From Dehalococcoidia bacterium (GTDB lineage: Bacteria; Chloroflexota; Dehalococcoidia; DSTF01; RBG-16-68-14), in NCBI GenBank assembly GCA_040882355.1, contig JBBEBM010000073.1:1-61728 (forward strand): a stretch of 61,728 nucleotides of DNA, in the 5' to 3' direction. Positions 1 to 9,545 of this stretch are shown piece after piece. The notes below the pieces were generated by a model that worked only from the letters and a program-made list of their open reading frames with translations, had not been told where the DNA came from and ran no database searches. The position numbers were made by a program, and so were the translations under genes. Positions within the stretch are counted from its first letter, which is position 1. The number at the start of each line of letters is the position of its first letter.

Positions 1-995
1 GCCGCGTCGTCCTCGACGCTGCCGGCCAGCGCGACGACCGGCTTGCCCGCCGCGCGGGCGAGCCGCGCGACTCCCGCCGTCGTCTTACCGAAGGTAGTCT
101 GGCGGTCGAGCCTCCCCTCGCCGGTGACGACCAGGTCGGCTTGGTCGATGCGCTCTGCCAGCCCGACGGTCCCGGCGACGACGTCGAAGCCCGGTCGGAT
201 ATGCGCCCCGCAAAACGCGACCAGCCCCGCCGCCAGCCCGCCCGCCGCCCCGCCGCCCGGCAAATCGGCGATATCGACGCCCAGATCGCGCTCGATCACT
301 CCGGCGTAGTGGGCGAGCGCCGCGTCCAGCTCGCGGGCCACAGCCTCGCTCGCGCCCTTCTGCGCGCCGTAGACGAGCGACGCGCCCTCCGGGCCACACA
401 GCGGGTTCGTCACGTCGGTGGCGACGGTGATCTCGGTCTCGCGCAGCGCCGGATCGAGTTCCGACACATCGATGCGATGGAGCCGCGTGAGCGCGCCGCC
501 ACCGGGCGGAAGCTCGCGGCCGTGCTTGTCGAGCAGGTGGGCGCCCAGCGCCTGGGCCGCGCCCGCGCCGCCGTCGTTCGTCGCGCTGCCGCCCACGCCG
601 ACGATGATGCGCTGGTAGCCGGCGCGCAGCGATTCGCGCAGCAGCTCCCCGGTGCCGTAGGTGGAAGCGCGCAACGGGTCGCGCTCCGCGGGTCGGAGCA
701 GCGTCAGGCCGGACGCCGCCGCCATCTCGATGATGCCGAGGCGTCCTTCGCCGTCCAGAGCGCCCCGGCGGGCGCGTACGGCCCGGCCGAGAGGGTCCAG
801 GACGGTCGATTCGATGTAGCGGCCGCCAGTCGCGTCGACGAGCGCTTCCACCGTGCCCGGCCCGCCGTCGGCCATCGGCAGCAGGTCGAGATCGGCGTCT
901 GGCAGCGCGCGCTGCAGACCGCTGGCGATCGCCGCGGCCGCCTCGCGGGCGGTGAGGGTGCCCTTGAACTCCTGCGGCGCGACGACGATGCGCAT
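1..995 (-). CDS. glxK: Glycerate kinase (3' end outside window)
   Basis: Manual translation from ATG at 995: MRIVVAPQEFKGTLT..., then ADGGPGT, STYGTGEL, GVGGSATNDGG, TGEGRLDRQT. Missing from the ORF track because there is no stop in the window. Confidence 0.92.
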   Translation of the reverse strand, partial: MRIVVAPQEFKGTLTAREAAAAIASGLQRALPDADLDLLPMADGGPGTVEALVDATGGRYIESTVLDPLGRAVRARRGALDGEGRLGIIEMAAASGLTLLRPAERDPLRASTYGTGELLRESLRAGYQRIIVGVGGSATNDGGAGAAQALGAHLLDKHGRELPPGGGALTRLHRIDVSELDPALRETEITVATDVTNPLCGPEGASLVYGAQKGASEAVARELDAALAHYAGVIERDLGVDIADLPGGGAAGGLAAGLVAFCGAHIRPGFDVVAGTVGLAERIDQADLVVTGEGRLDRQTTFGKTTAGVARLARAAGKPVVALAGSVEDDA

Positions 996-997
996 TG

Positions 998-2605
998 CTA
1001 GCTGGCGAAGCTGCGGCGTGGCAGGGGCAAGCGCCGGAGCAGCGTGTCCGCCTCCTCCGAGCTGAGAGCGCGCGCGGCCGCGAAGAAGCTGATCCCGCCC
1101 AGGACGGTGCTCCCTGTGAGCGCGAGGATCGCATCGGCGGAGCGGCTGGTGTCCAGGTGACCGGCCTGATCGAGCACGATCAGGTACAGGACCACGACTT
1201 CGACCATCAGGACCGTCGCGACGAGGGTCTTGCCGATCGATCCGCCGAGGGCCCGCAGGTCGGACCACTCGAGCCGGCCGCGCAGCGTCCAGAACAGGAG
1301 CGTCGCGTTCGTGATAGCGCCCGCAGAGACGGCAAGCGCGATGCCGCGCACCTCCATGGGCTGGACTAGCAGCGCACTCAGCCCGGTCGCGATCACGAGC
1401 CCCACTACGGCATAGGTGACCGGCGTGCGTGTATCGCTTAATGAGTAGAAGCCGCGGCTGAGGATCTCTATCGCCGCGTGGCCGCAGAGGCCGATCGCGT
1501 AGAAGACGAGTGCCTGCGCTGTGATCTCAGTCGACGCCTCGGTGAACTCGGCACGCTGAAACAGGGACGCCACCAGAGGCTCCGCGAGTACGATAAGGGC
1601 CGCGGATGCCGGCAACGTCAGGAACATGATCATGCGCAGGCTCTGGTCCAGCGTGCGGCGCAGGTCGCGCCGGTCGACGACCGCCTGCTCGGCCATCGTT
1701 GGGAACACAGCGGTGGAGATCGCCATGCCGAAGAGCCCGAGCGGCGTCATCACGATCAGCCACGCGTACGTGACGGCCGAGATCGCCTCGTCGCTGACAG
1801 TGGAAGCGAAGAAGACCGTGACGATGAGCCCGAACTGAAACGCTGCGAGGCCGATGATGCGCGGCCCCATCAGCCTCCCCACCTCGCGCACCGCCGCGTC
1901 GCGCCAGCGCGCGATCGCTCGGTAGCGCATCCCCACGTTGAACAGCGCCGGCACCTGGACGACCAGGTGCAACGCCGCGCCGATGACCACTGCCGCAGCC
2001 AGTGCGTGCACGTCGTCGAACATGAGCGCGCCCACGATGATCGCGGTGTTGTAGACCATCGGCGCGAGAGCCGGCCAGAGAAAATGCTGGCGCGCGTTCA
2101 GGATCGCCGTCAGCATCGCGCTGACCGAGAACAGGATTGGCGAGAGCATCATGAGCTGTGTCAGGTCGACCGCCAGTGCGTGCAGCTCTTGCTGCTGTCC
2201 CGTGTCGTCACCGAGGCCCGGCGCGATCGCCGGCACCAGCAGTGGCGCGAACAGGAAGCCGAGCACCGCGAAGATGATTGTCGCGATGCCGACCAGGTTG
2301 AGCACGGAGCTGGCCAGCCGCCAGGCCGCTTCCTCGCCGTCCTTGTTCAGTAGCCGAGCGAAGGTCGGGATGAACGCGGCGCCCACCGTCGCGCCGGCCA
2401 GGAGTTGGAAGATCAGGTCGGGCAGGCGAAACGCTACCCAGAACGCGCCCACCTCCGGGCTCGTGCCGAAGGTGCCGGCGATGACTATGCTTCGCACCAG
2501 GCCGAGCAGCCTGCTTCCTAAGAACCCCGCGCCGACGATGAAGGCGGCGGCGGCCAGCGTGGGACGGTTCAGGCCGATGCCGGAGCTCGGAGTCGCTTCG
2601 TCCAC
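998..2605 (-). CDS. murJ: Lipid II flippase MurJ/MviN
   Basis: SRLLGLVR, AFRLPDL, AFIPTF motifs and many TM segments. GTG at 2605 preferred over the ORF start at 2731 (TATACT lies 6 nt upstream). Confidence 0.92.
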   Translation of the reverse strand: MDEATPSSGIGLNRPTLAAAAFIVGAGFLGSRLLGLVRSIVIAGTFGTSPEVGAFWVAFRLPDLIFQLLAGATVGAAFIPTFARLLNKDGEEAAWRLASSVLNLVGIATIIFAVLGFLFAPLLVPAIAPGLGDDTGQQQELHALAVDLTQLMMLSPILFSVSAMLTAILNARQHFLWPALAPMVYNTAIIVGALMFDDVHALAAAVVIGAALHLVVQVPALFNVGMRYRAIARWRDAAVREVGRLMGPRIIGLAAFQFGLIVTVFFASTVSDEAISAVTYAWLIVMTPLGLFGMAISTAVFPTMAEQAVVDRRDLRRTLDQSLRMIMFLTLPASAALIVLAEPLVASLFQRAEFTEASTEITAQALVFYAIGLCGHAAIEILSRGFYSLSDTRTPVTYAVVGLVIATGLSALLVQPMEVRGIALAVSAGAITNATLLFWTLRGRLEWSDLRALGGSIGKTLVATVLMVEVVVLYLIVLDQAGHLDTSRSADAILALTGSTVLGGISFFAAARALSSEEADTLLRRLPLPRRSFAS

Positions 2606-2630
2606 GCGGCCAGTATAGGCCAGCAGCGGC

Positions 2631-2686
2631 GTAGGGACAGAGCTTTCCCGCCAAAGGCGGGTCCGCCTCCGGCAGAAGCTCTGTCC
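2631..2686 (+). repeat. GTAG-type REP-like palindrome with twin internal hairpins (copy 1)
   Basis: GTAG-GGACAGAGCTT...AAGCTCTGTCC outer stem enclosing CCCGCC-aaa-GGCGGG and TCCGCC-tcc-GGCAGA. Second copy at 51487. Confidence 0.8.
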
Positions 2687-2806
2687 GCGCGGTCGAAGGT
2701 CGCGGCCCATATCACACATTCGTGGCCTCATTCGTCCGGTACGCTGTCTGGCGGCCCCTCGTCTCGCTGGGATAGAATGGGCGCGCTGTTCAGTGGGGAG
2801 GAACGT

Positions 2807-3622
2807 ATGGTGCTCGAGCGACTACGTCTCGATGGCAAAGCGGCGGTGGTGACCGGTGCCGGGCGAGGCCTCGGCCAGCAGATGGCGCTCGCCCTCGCCG
2901 AAGCGGGCGCCGACGTCGTCTGCGCCGCCCGCACGGCGAAGCAGATCGAGGCGACGGCGGAGGCCGTGCGCGCCACGGGCCAGCGCGCCATCGCCGTGCC
3001 GACAGACGTGCGCGACTCGACGCAGTGCGATGCGCTCGTTCAGGCCTGCGTCGACGAGTTCGGCAGGATCGACATCATGCTCTCGAACGCGGGCATCGGC
3101 GATGCGCGCGGCCACAACCAGGAGATCTGGGGCATCACTGACGACGACTGGCGCGATACTGTCGACGTCAACCTCTCGAGCGCGTTTTTCTGCGCCCGCG
3201 CCGCTTCGAAGGCGATGATCGAGCGCGGCGAGGGCGGCGTAATCATCAACGTCGCGTCGGGCACCGCGCTCCGCGCCTACCCGATGGGCGTGGCCTACGG
3301 CGCGGCGAAGGCCGGCGTGATCGCCTTCACGAAGACGCTGGCGGTGATGCTCCAGCGCCACAACATCCGGGCGAACTGCATCATCCCTGGCTTCGTCGCG
3401 CAGCGACCGGCCCGCAACGACGAGGAGGCGGCGATGATGAGCACTCGCGGGCGTTACATCCCGGCCAAGCGTCTCGGCGAGGCGTGGGAGCTGGGCCCGC
3501 TCGCGGTATACCTCGCATCCGATGCATCGAGCTACGTCACCGGCCAGGGCTTCATCATCGACGGCGGCGGTCTCGCGGGCGGCCTCGCCCCGACCGGCTT
3601 CGCGCCGGCAGTGGAGGGATGA
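2807..3622 (+). CDS. SDR family oxidoreductase
   Basis: TGAGRGLG, NAG, YGAAK motifs; GGAGG upstream of ATG 2807. Confidence 0.92.
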   Translation: MVLERLRLDGKAAVVTGAGRGLGQQMALALAEAGADVVCAARTAKQIEATAEAVRATGQRAIAVPTDVRDSTQCDALVQACVDEFGRIDIMLSNAGIGDARGHNQEIWGITDDDWRDTVDVNLSSAFFCARAASKAMIERGEGGVIINVASGTALRAYPMGVAYGAAKAGVIAFTKTLAVMLQRHNIRANCIIPGFVAQRPARNDEEAAMMSTRGRYIPAKRLGEAWELGPLAVYLASDASSYVTGQGFIIDGGGLAGGLAPTGFAPAVEG

Positions 3623-3734
3623 TCGTCACCCTGAAGAGAAGAGATGGTTCTCGACTCTCAAGATGGCGTCTCACCCTTGGGCCAGACGAAGGCTGTGACA
3701 ATCTGTGTCTGTTTGTGGCCAAAAGAGCTGATCC

Positions 3735-4559
3735 ATGACCGTCCCTGAGTGGCCCAATGCGAAGCGTAGCCTCGACGCCTACGACCTGTCCGGCAAGCGG
3801 GCGCTCGTCGTCGGCGCCGCGACGGGCGTCGGGCGCGCGATCGCGTTGGCGTTCGCCGAGGCGGGCGCCGACCTCGCGCTTGCCAGCGTCACGACCGAGG
3901 GCGACGAGGTGATGGCGCTGCGTAAGACGGTGCGTCAAGTGCGTGAGCTGGGCCGGACCGCCCTCGAACAGGCGATCGACGCGGCGTCCGGTCAGGGCAC
4001 GCAGGTGATGGTGCGCCAGGTCGCGAAGGAGCTGGGCGGTATCGACGTGCTGGTGAACGCGCCCGATATGTTCCTGGGCAAACCCGCGACCAAGACGAGC
4101 GACGTCGACTGGGCGAAGGTCCTCGGCCGCACGCTGAACGCGACGTTCTTCACCTGCCGCGCGGTCGCCCGCGAGATGCTCAAGGCACAGGAGGGCGCGA
4201 ACGGTGCTCAGGGCGGGCGGATCGTCAACGTCGCATCCGTGCTCGGTGAGCGAGGGCTGCCCAACGCCGCGGCCTACTGCGCCGCGCAGGGCGGCATCCT
4301 GAACCTGACGCGAGCGCTCGCGCAGGAGTGGGCGCCGCACATCACGGTGAACGCGATCGCGCTTGGCTGGATGGAGGACTCGCGGGCGCTCGGCGACCCG
4401 AACCCGGAGACGAACCAGACAGTGCGCTTCATCCCGTTGAAGCGTCCCGGCCGCCCGGACGAGGTCGCTCCGCTCGCCGTTTACCTCGCCTCCGACGCGT
4501 CCGGCTACGTCAGCGGCCAGGTGCTCACCGTCGACGGCGGCCTGACGGTGCACCTGTGA
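3735..4559 (+). CDS. SDR family oxidoreductase (YxxxQ instead of YxxxK)
   Basis: GAATGVG, NVAS, YCAAQ, VDGG. Confidence 0.88.
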   Translation: MTVPEWPNAKRSLDAYDLSGKRALVVGAATGVGRAIALAFAEAGADLALASVTTEGDEVMALRKTVRQVRELGRTALEQAIDAASGQGTQVMVRQVAKELGGIDVLVNAPDMFLGKPATKTSDVDWAKVLGRTLNATFFTCRAVAREMLKAQEGANGAQGGRIVNVASVLGERGLPNAAAYCAAQGGILNLTRALAQEWAPHITVNAIALGWMEDSRALGDPNPETNQTVRFIPLKRPGRPDEVAPLAVYLASDASGYVSGQVLTVDGGLTVHL

Positions 4560-4604
4560 CCGGAGGGTCAGGGGTCGAGGGTCAAGGAGAGCTTAGGAGA
4601 TAGC

Positions 4605-5411
4605 ATGCCCACAGCGCGCATCAACGGTATCGACATCCACTACGAGATCTCCGGCGAGGGTCCCGCAGTTGTCTTCCTGCACGGGCTGATGGGCTCCATC
4701 GACCGCTCGCGGGCAGTGGGCGATGGGCTGGATGGCCTGGAGCAGCGTGGCTTTCGGTTGATCACGTACGACGCGCGTGGCCACGGCGCATCCGGCTTCA
4801 CTGAGAACGAAGCGGACTATACGTGGGAGGCGCACTCGCGCGACTTGCTCGGCCTCCTCGATCACTTCGGCGTCGAGCGGGCGGCGATCGGCGGCGGCTC
4901 CATGGGCGCCGGTGTGAGCTATACGTTTGCGCTGGCTCACCCCGAGCGCGTCGAGAAGCTGATGCTGATCGCCCTGCCGCCGCTCGGCGAAGGCTTCGAG
5001 CCGGCCAAGCAGATGTTCGGCGGCTTCGCACAGCTCATCGAGGGCCTGGGGTTGGAGAAGGCGGTCCAGGTTGTCATGCAACTGCCCGAGTACGTGAAGA
5101 TGCGGGAACGCGACCCGGAAGAGTTCGCGCGGCTGCGCGACTGGCTGCTGCGCATGCAGCCGCGCGGCATCATCTTCGCGATGCGCGGGCTGGTGAACGG
5201 GCCGCCGCTGGCGGACGGGCGCTTCGGCGAGATCGCGGCGCCCGCGCTGATCACGGCGCATCCGGACGACCTGCTCCACCCGATCGCGAGTGGCCAGCGG
5301 GCGCATGCGGCGATCGCCGGATCGCGGCTCATGGTCGCGCCTTCGCTGCTGTACTACCGCGACCACCGCGGCGAGCTGCTGGACGCCGTCGCAACGTTTC
5401 TGCGTGGCTAA
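4605..5411 (+). CDS. Alpha/beta hydrolase
   Basis: FLHG, DARGHGAS, GGSMG nucleophile elbow. Confidence 0.88.
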   Translation: MPTARINGIDIHYEISGEGPAVVFLHGLMGSIDRSRAVGDGLDGLEQRGFRLITYDARGHGASGFTENEADYTWEAHSRDLLGLLDHFGVERAAIGGGSMGAGVSYTFALAHPERVEKLMLIALPPLGEGFEPAKQMFGGFAQLIEGLGLEKAVQVVMQLPEYVKMRERDPEEFARLRDWLLRMQPRGIIFAMRGLVNGPPLADGRFGEIAAPALITAHPDDLLHPIASGQRAHAAIAGSRLMVAPSLLYYRDHRGELLDAVATFLRG

Positions 5412-5437
5412 GCGTCCGTGTAAAGGAGGAGGACGCT

Positions 5438-6349
5438 ATGAGCGACTACGAACAGATCCTGTACGAGCGAGACGGCGCGAAGGTGCGCATCACGCTGAAC
5501 CGGCCCGAGAAGCTGAACGCGATGACGCCTCGCCTGCAGCGCGAGCTTAGCGATGCGCTGTGGGAGGCGGACGGTACGTCCGCCGTGCACGTGATCATCA
5601 TCCGCGGAGCCGGACGCGCGTTCAGCGCCGGCTACGACATCTCGCCGCCGCGCACAGTCGAAGAAGCGCACGCGACGGGCCTGACGCCCGCCGACGGCCG
5701 TCGTGGCCGGCGCGATTTCGACGACGACACGTGGTGGATCGAGCGGGACCAGCGCCTGCGCAACACCGTCCTCGACGTGCATACGCCGGTGATCGCGCAG
5801 GTGCACGGCTACTGCCTCGCGGGCGGCACCGATCTTGCGCTGCTCTGCGACATCGTGGTCGCGGCCGAGGATGCGGTGCTCGGCTTCCCGCCGGTGCGCA
5901 ACCAGGGCTCCCCGGTGAACCACATGTGGACCTACCTGGTCGGCCCGCAGTGGGCGAAGTACTTCCTCCTCACCGGCGACCAGGCGACGGGCGCCGAGGC
6001 GGCCCGCATCGGCCTCGTCTGGAAGGCCGTGCCGCACGAACGGCTGGAGGCTGAAGTAGAGGCGCTCGCCGACAAGATGTGCCGCATCGACCCGGCGATC
6101 CTCTCCGCGAACAAGCGCATCGTCAACATCGCGCTGGAGATGATGGGCGCGCGGACGATCCAGCGCATGGCGTCGGAGATGGACTCGCGCGCCCGGCTGG
6201 CGCCCGCCGTGCGCCAGTTCTACCAGACGATCGCCGAGAAGGGCCTCAAGGCGGCGCTGGAGTGGCGCGACGGCCCCTTCGCCGACCTCACCGGTAGCGA
6301 GACCGCCGAACGGCGGAAGGCGGAGCAGGAAGCGCGACTCAAGGGGTAG
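5438..6349 (+). CDS. Enoyl-CoA hydratase/crotonase family protein
   Basis: LNRPEKLNA, AFSAGYD, HGYCLAGG; AGGAGG upstream of ATG 5438. Confidence 0.92.
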   Translation: MSDYEQILYERDGAKVRITLNRPEKLNAMTPRLQRELSDALWEADGTSAVHVIIIRGAGRAFSAGYDISPPRTVEEAHATGLTPADGRRGRRDFDDDTWWIERDQRLRNTVLDVHTPVIAQVHGYCLAGGTDLALLCDIVVAAEDAVLGFPPVRNQGSPVNHMWTYLVGPQWAKYFLLTGDQATGAEAARIGLVWKAVPHERLEAEVEALADKMCRIDPAILSANKRIVNIALEMMGARTIQRMASEMDSRARLAPAVRQFYQTIAEKGLKAALEWRDGPFADLTGSETAERRKAEQEARLKG

Positions 6350-6368
6350 GGCGTTAGGTGGGGCGGTA

Positions 6369-6644
6369 ATGAGGGCGGCAGCTAGACCGCAACTTGTCGT
6401 GGCCGCGTTCGTTTTGGTCTCGCGGGCGCTGAGCGCTGTACCCTTGGCGACGGTACCGTCAGAAGAGCCGAAGCCAGAGCCAGGCGTGGGGGCCTCGCTT
6501 TCTCCTCCCACCTCGCTCAGGCCGACGACACTGCCTCCGCTGGAAACGCCATGGCCCCGTGAGTTCCCCCGGCCACTGGTCGGCTATCAGGACGGGTCGC
6601 TATTCGCGGTTGCCGCCGAGCCGCTTCAGCCCGTCCGCTTGTAA
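6369..6644 (+). pseudogene. Possible remnant of an exported Pro/Thr-rich protein
   Basis: Signal-like N-terminus, Pro/Thr-rich linker, then early stop; no recognisable family. Confidence 0.25.
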
Positions 6645-6724
6645 CCCTCCTATCTAACCGCTCCCAGTCGCGCCAGAATGCCCCTGGAAGGGCCTTCCGG
6701 TGTTGGCCGGGCCAAGCCCCGTCG

Positions 6725-7143
6725 CTATCGGGCGACGAGGGTCACGCCGGCGGCCCGGCACCACGCTCTGTCGTCCTCCACGGCGCCTCGATTGCGGTTC
6801 TCCGCCGTCGCGCTCGCTGCGGCCGTCCCGGGCTGGAAGGCCTGGGCGCCTTGCGCGGCTACGGTGACCGGGTAGGAGGACAGCTCTCCGGTGCACCTGC
6901 CGGCGCCTCTGCCCGTTCCGGGGCGTCGCCCTGGGAGAGCGTGAGCGTGAACCGCACCTGCTGACCTGCCGTGCAGTTGAGGAGAACCGACCCCTGCGCC
7001 CAGTGGCCGCCCGCCGAGAGCGTCGCCTCGGGGCCGATGGTGTTGTTCATTATCCTCGCGCCCGCGCCGCTGGCGGCGGCCAGCGCCAGGCAAACGGCGA
7101 TCGTGATGCTCCCCAGGATCCGCAACATCGCCCACCGGTTCAT
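6725..7143 (-). pseudogene. Small secreted protein, apparently frameshifted near 6920
   Basis: GGAGG + ATG 7143 with a signal peptide. Protein-like sequence continues in another frame (...SQGDA / GTGRGAGRCTGELSSYPVTV...WCRAAGVTLVAR). Confidence 0.6.
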
Positions 7144-7277
7144 GCCCCCTCCTTTCGCGCCTCCCCCTCCGCCGGCACAACGCGATATACCTCCGCCAGC
7201 GGCAGCCCCGTCGCCTGGCGCCTACGGCGTAGCGCGGGTAGGCTGGATGACAACCTTCTGGCTCGTGGAAGGGGGTC

Positions 7278-7802
7278 ATGGAAGACATCACAGTCCGGGC
7301 GTTCGCGCCTGCAGATCAGGACGCCGCCCGCAGGCTCATCATCCAGGGGCTTGGCGAGCACTTTGGCTTCGTCGATGAGGGGCGCAACCCCGACCTGGAC
7401 GACATCGCGGCGTCGTATCGTGATGGCGTCTTCTTGGTGGCGCTCGCCGGTGACGAGCTGATCGGCACCGGCGCGCTGAACCCGATGGGCCGCGGCGCTG
7501 TGCAGGTCGTGCGCATGTCCACGGCGCGACAGCGGCGCCGCCAGGGCGTTGGCCGCGGGATCTTGGAGCGCCTGCTGGACGAAGCTCGTGCGTCCGGGTA
7601 TCGCTGGGCCGTGCTGGAGACGAACGCCGGCTGGGAGGACGCGATCGCCTTCTATCGCGCGAACGCCTTCTCCGTAATCGGCCGCGCGATAGGCGGTGTC
7701 GCGTTCACCTACCGGCTGAGCGGCGCAGGTGGCCGCCCGCCGTTGCCGCTCGCCTGGTCGTTCATAGCGCAGCTATTCTGGAGGCATTTCACGAGCCGCT
7801 GA
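7278..7802 (+). CDS. GNAT acetyltransferase
   Basis: RRQGVGR acetyl-CoA motif, AIAFY. Confidence 0.85.
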   Translation: MEDITVRAFAPADQDAARRLIIQGLGEHFGFVDEGRNPDLDDIAASYRDGVFLVALAGDELIGTGALNPMGRGAVQVVRMSTARQRRRQGVGRGILERLLDEARASGYRWAVLETNAGWEDAIAFYRANAFSVIGRAIGGVAFTYRLSGAGGRPPLPLAWSFIAQLFWRHFTSR

Positions 7803-7812
7803 TCGGAGCGAG

Positions 7813-9057
7813 TTACTCGTCCTGCCCCGGAACCGGTTCGCTGCTGACGACGCCTTCGCGCTCCAGCTCCACCATCTCTTCGTCGCTCAGCCCGAGCAGG
7901 CCGCGCAGCACGAAGTCGTTGTGTTCGGCGAAGCAGGGCGCGGGCAGCCGCGTGTGCGCGGGCGTCAGGTCGAAACGCCAGGCGGGCCGGTCGATCAGCC
8001 ACGTGCCCGCCTCCCGGTGGGTGACCTCCTCGAAGAAGCCGCGCTCCGTGAGGTGGGGGTCTTCGGGCAGCTCAGGGAGCCGCAGCACTGGTGACGCCGC
8101 GACGCCCGCAGCCTGGAGCTGCTTGGCGGCGTCTCGGTGACTGTGCTCCTGCGTCCACGTCGAGACGATCTCGTTCAGCTCGTCCTGGTGGCGGTGGCGC
8201 GACACGACGTCTTCGAAGCGGTCGTCCTGAGCAAGCTCCGGCCGTCCGAGCACGTGACATAACGCAGCGAACTCGTCGTCCGCACCGACAGCGATGGCGA
8301 CCCACGAGTCGTCGCCCTGGCAGAGGTAGACGCCGTGCGGCGCCATCGAGGAGTGGCGGTCGCCGCGCCGCGGCGGCTCCTGGCCGGTCATGCTGTGCTC
8401 CACGAGGAACTCGCCGACGAGCGGCAGGAAGGCCTCCCACTGCGCGACCTCCACATGCTGGCCGAGGCCGGTGTTGCGCCGGTAGAGCAGCGCGGCGATG
8501 GTCGCCGCGGCGGCGGTCGCGCCCGCCATCGGGTCGCCATAGGATGTCGCGCTCTTGTGCGGCGGGCCGTCGGGGTAACCACTGACCGACGGTAGCCCGG
8601 CGAGCTGCTCGATGTTCGTGCCGTAGGCGACGTAGTGCGCTTCCGGACCCGAGAGGCCGTGGCTGGGCATCGAGACGAGGATGATGTCAGGATTCACCTC
8701 GCGCATCGCTTCGTAGGTAAGGCCGAGGCCTGCCAGCACGTCCGACCGGTAGTTTTCGACGACGACGTCCGAGATCGCGACGAGCCGGAGGGCGAGATCG
8801 CGGCCCTGCGGCTTGCTGAAGTCGATGGCGCACCCGTACTTGTTGCGGTTGTAGTGGTTGAAGAAGGCCGCCCGATTGTAGGGGCGCTCCGTCTCGCCCG
8901 GGAGCAAGCTGAGCGAGCGGATCATGTCCCAGGCGCGCGCGGCCTCGACCTTGATCACCTCGGCGCCCATGTCCGCGAGCAGCCGCGTGCCATAGGGGCC
9001 GGCCCACACCTTCGACAGGTCGAGGACGCGGATGCCGTGCAGCGGCAGGCGCTCCAT
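7813..9057 (-). CDS. Family III CoA transferase (CaiB/BaiF)
   Basis: PLHGIRVLDLS..WAGP, GAEVIKVE, NRNK, APHGVY. Confidence 0.93.
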   Translation of the reverse strand: MERLPLHGIRVLDLSKVWAGPYGTRLLADMGAEVIKVEAARAWDMIRSLSLLPGETERPYNRAAFFNHYNRNKYGCAIDFSKPQGRDLALRLVAISDVVVENYRSDVLAGLGLTYEAMREVNPDIILVSMPSHGLSGPEAHYVAYGTNIEQLAGLPSVSGYPDGPPHKSATSYGDPMAGATAAAATIAALLYRRNTGLGQHVEVAQWEAFLPLVGEFLVEHSMTGQEPPRRGDRHSSMAPHGVYLCQGDDSWVAIAVGADDEFAALCHVLGRPELAQDDRFEDVVSRHRHQDELNEIVSTWTQEHSHRDAAKQLQAAGVAASPVLRLPELPEDPHLTERGFFEEVTHREAGTWLIDRPAWRFDLTPAHTRLPAPCFAEHNDFVLRGLLGLSDEEMVELEREGVVSSEPVPGQDE

Positions 9058-9545
9058 CACGACAGCACCTTCTCGAACTCGATCTGGCGCAGCCAGTGGT
9101 CCAGCCAGCGCTCGGCCACCTCGACGTAGCCATGCTTGCGGTAGAGCGCCTGCGCCGGCTCCTGTAGGTCCGTCGTGTCGAGTGTGACTCGGTTGTAGCC
9201 CCGCTCGCGGCAGAAGCGCTCAGCCTCTTCGAGGAGAACGGTCGCAAGTCCGTGGCGGCGCCAATCGCTGCGCACGCGGAAGCGACGAAGCCGCGCCGTC
9301 GTGTCGTCGATGCGTAGCACGCCGCCGTAGGCGACGACTTTGGCGTCGCGCTCGAGCACCCAGAATTCGCCGCCTGCGTTCAGGTAGACGCCCTCGATGT
9401 CGTCCATGTCGTCATGGTGATGGCGCGGACGCTCCGGCGTGTCGAACCCAACCTCGCGTTGAAACTCGAAATCGATCTCGTGCAGCGCCGTTCGGTCGCC
9501 CGGCGCGTAGGTGCGTAGGACGAAGCCTTCGAGCAGCGCCGCCAT
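9057..9545 (-). CDS. GNAT acetyltransferase
   Basis: MAALLEGFVLRTY...WRRHGLA...AQALYRKHGY; start overlaps the upstream stop. Confidence 0.85.
   Translation of the reverse strand: MAALLEGFVLRTYAPGDRTALHEIDFEFQREVGFDTPERPRHHHDDMDDIEGVYLNAGGEFWVLERDAKVVAYGGVLRIDDTTARLRRFRVRSDWRRHGLATVLLEEAERFCRERGYNRVTLDTTDLQEPAQALYRKHGYVEVAERWLDHWLRQIEFEKVLS

Noticed and set aside
6352..6660. GTTAGG / CTAAC motifs (also GCCTAAC near 57112) as integron attC sites
   Set aside because: No properly arranged R''/L''/L'/R' palindrome and no integrase; short chance matches.
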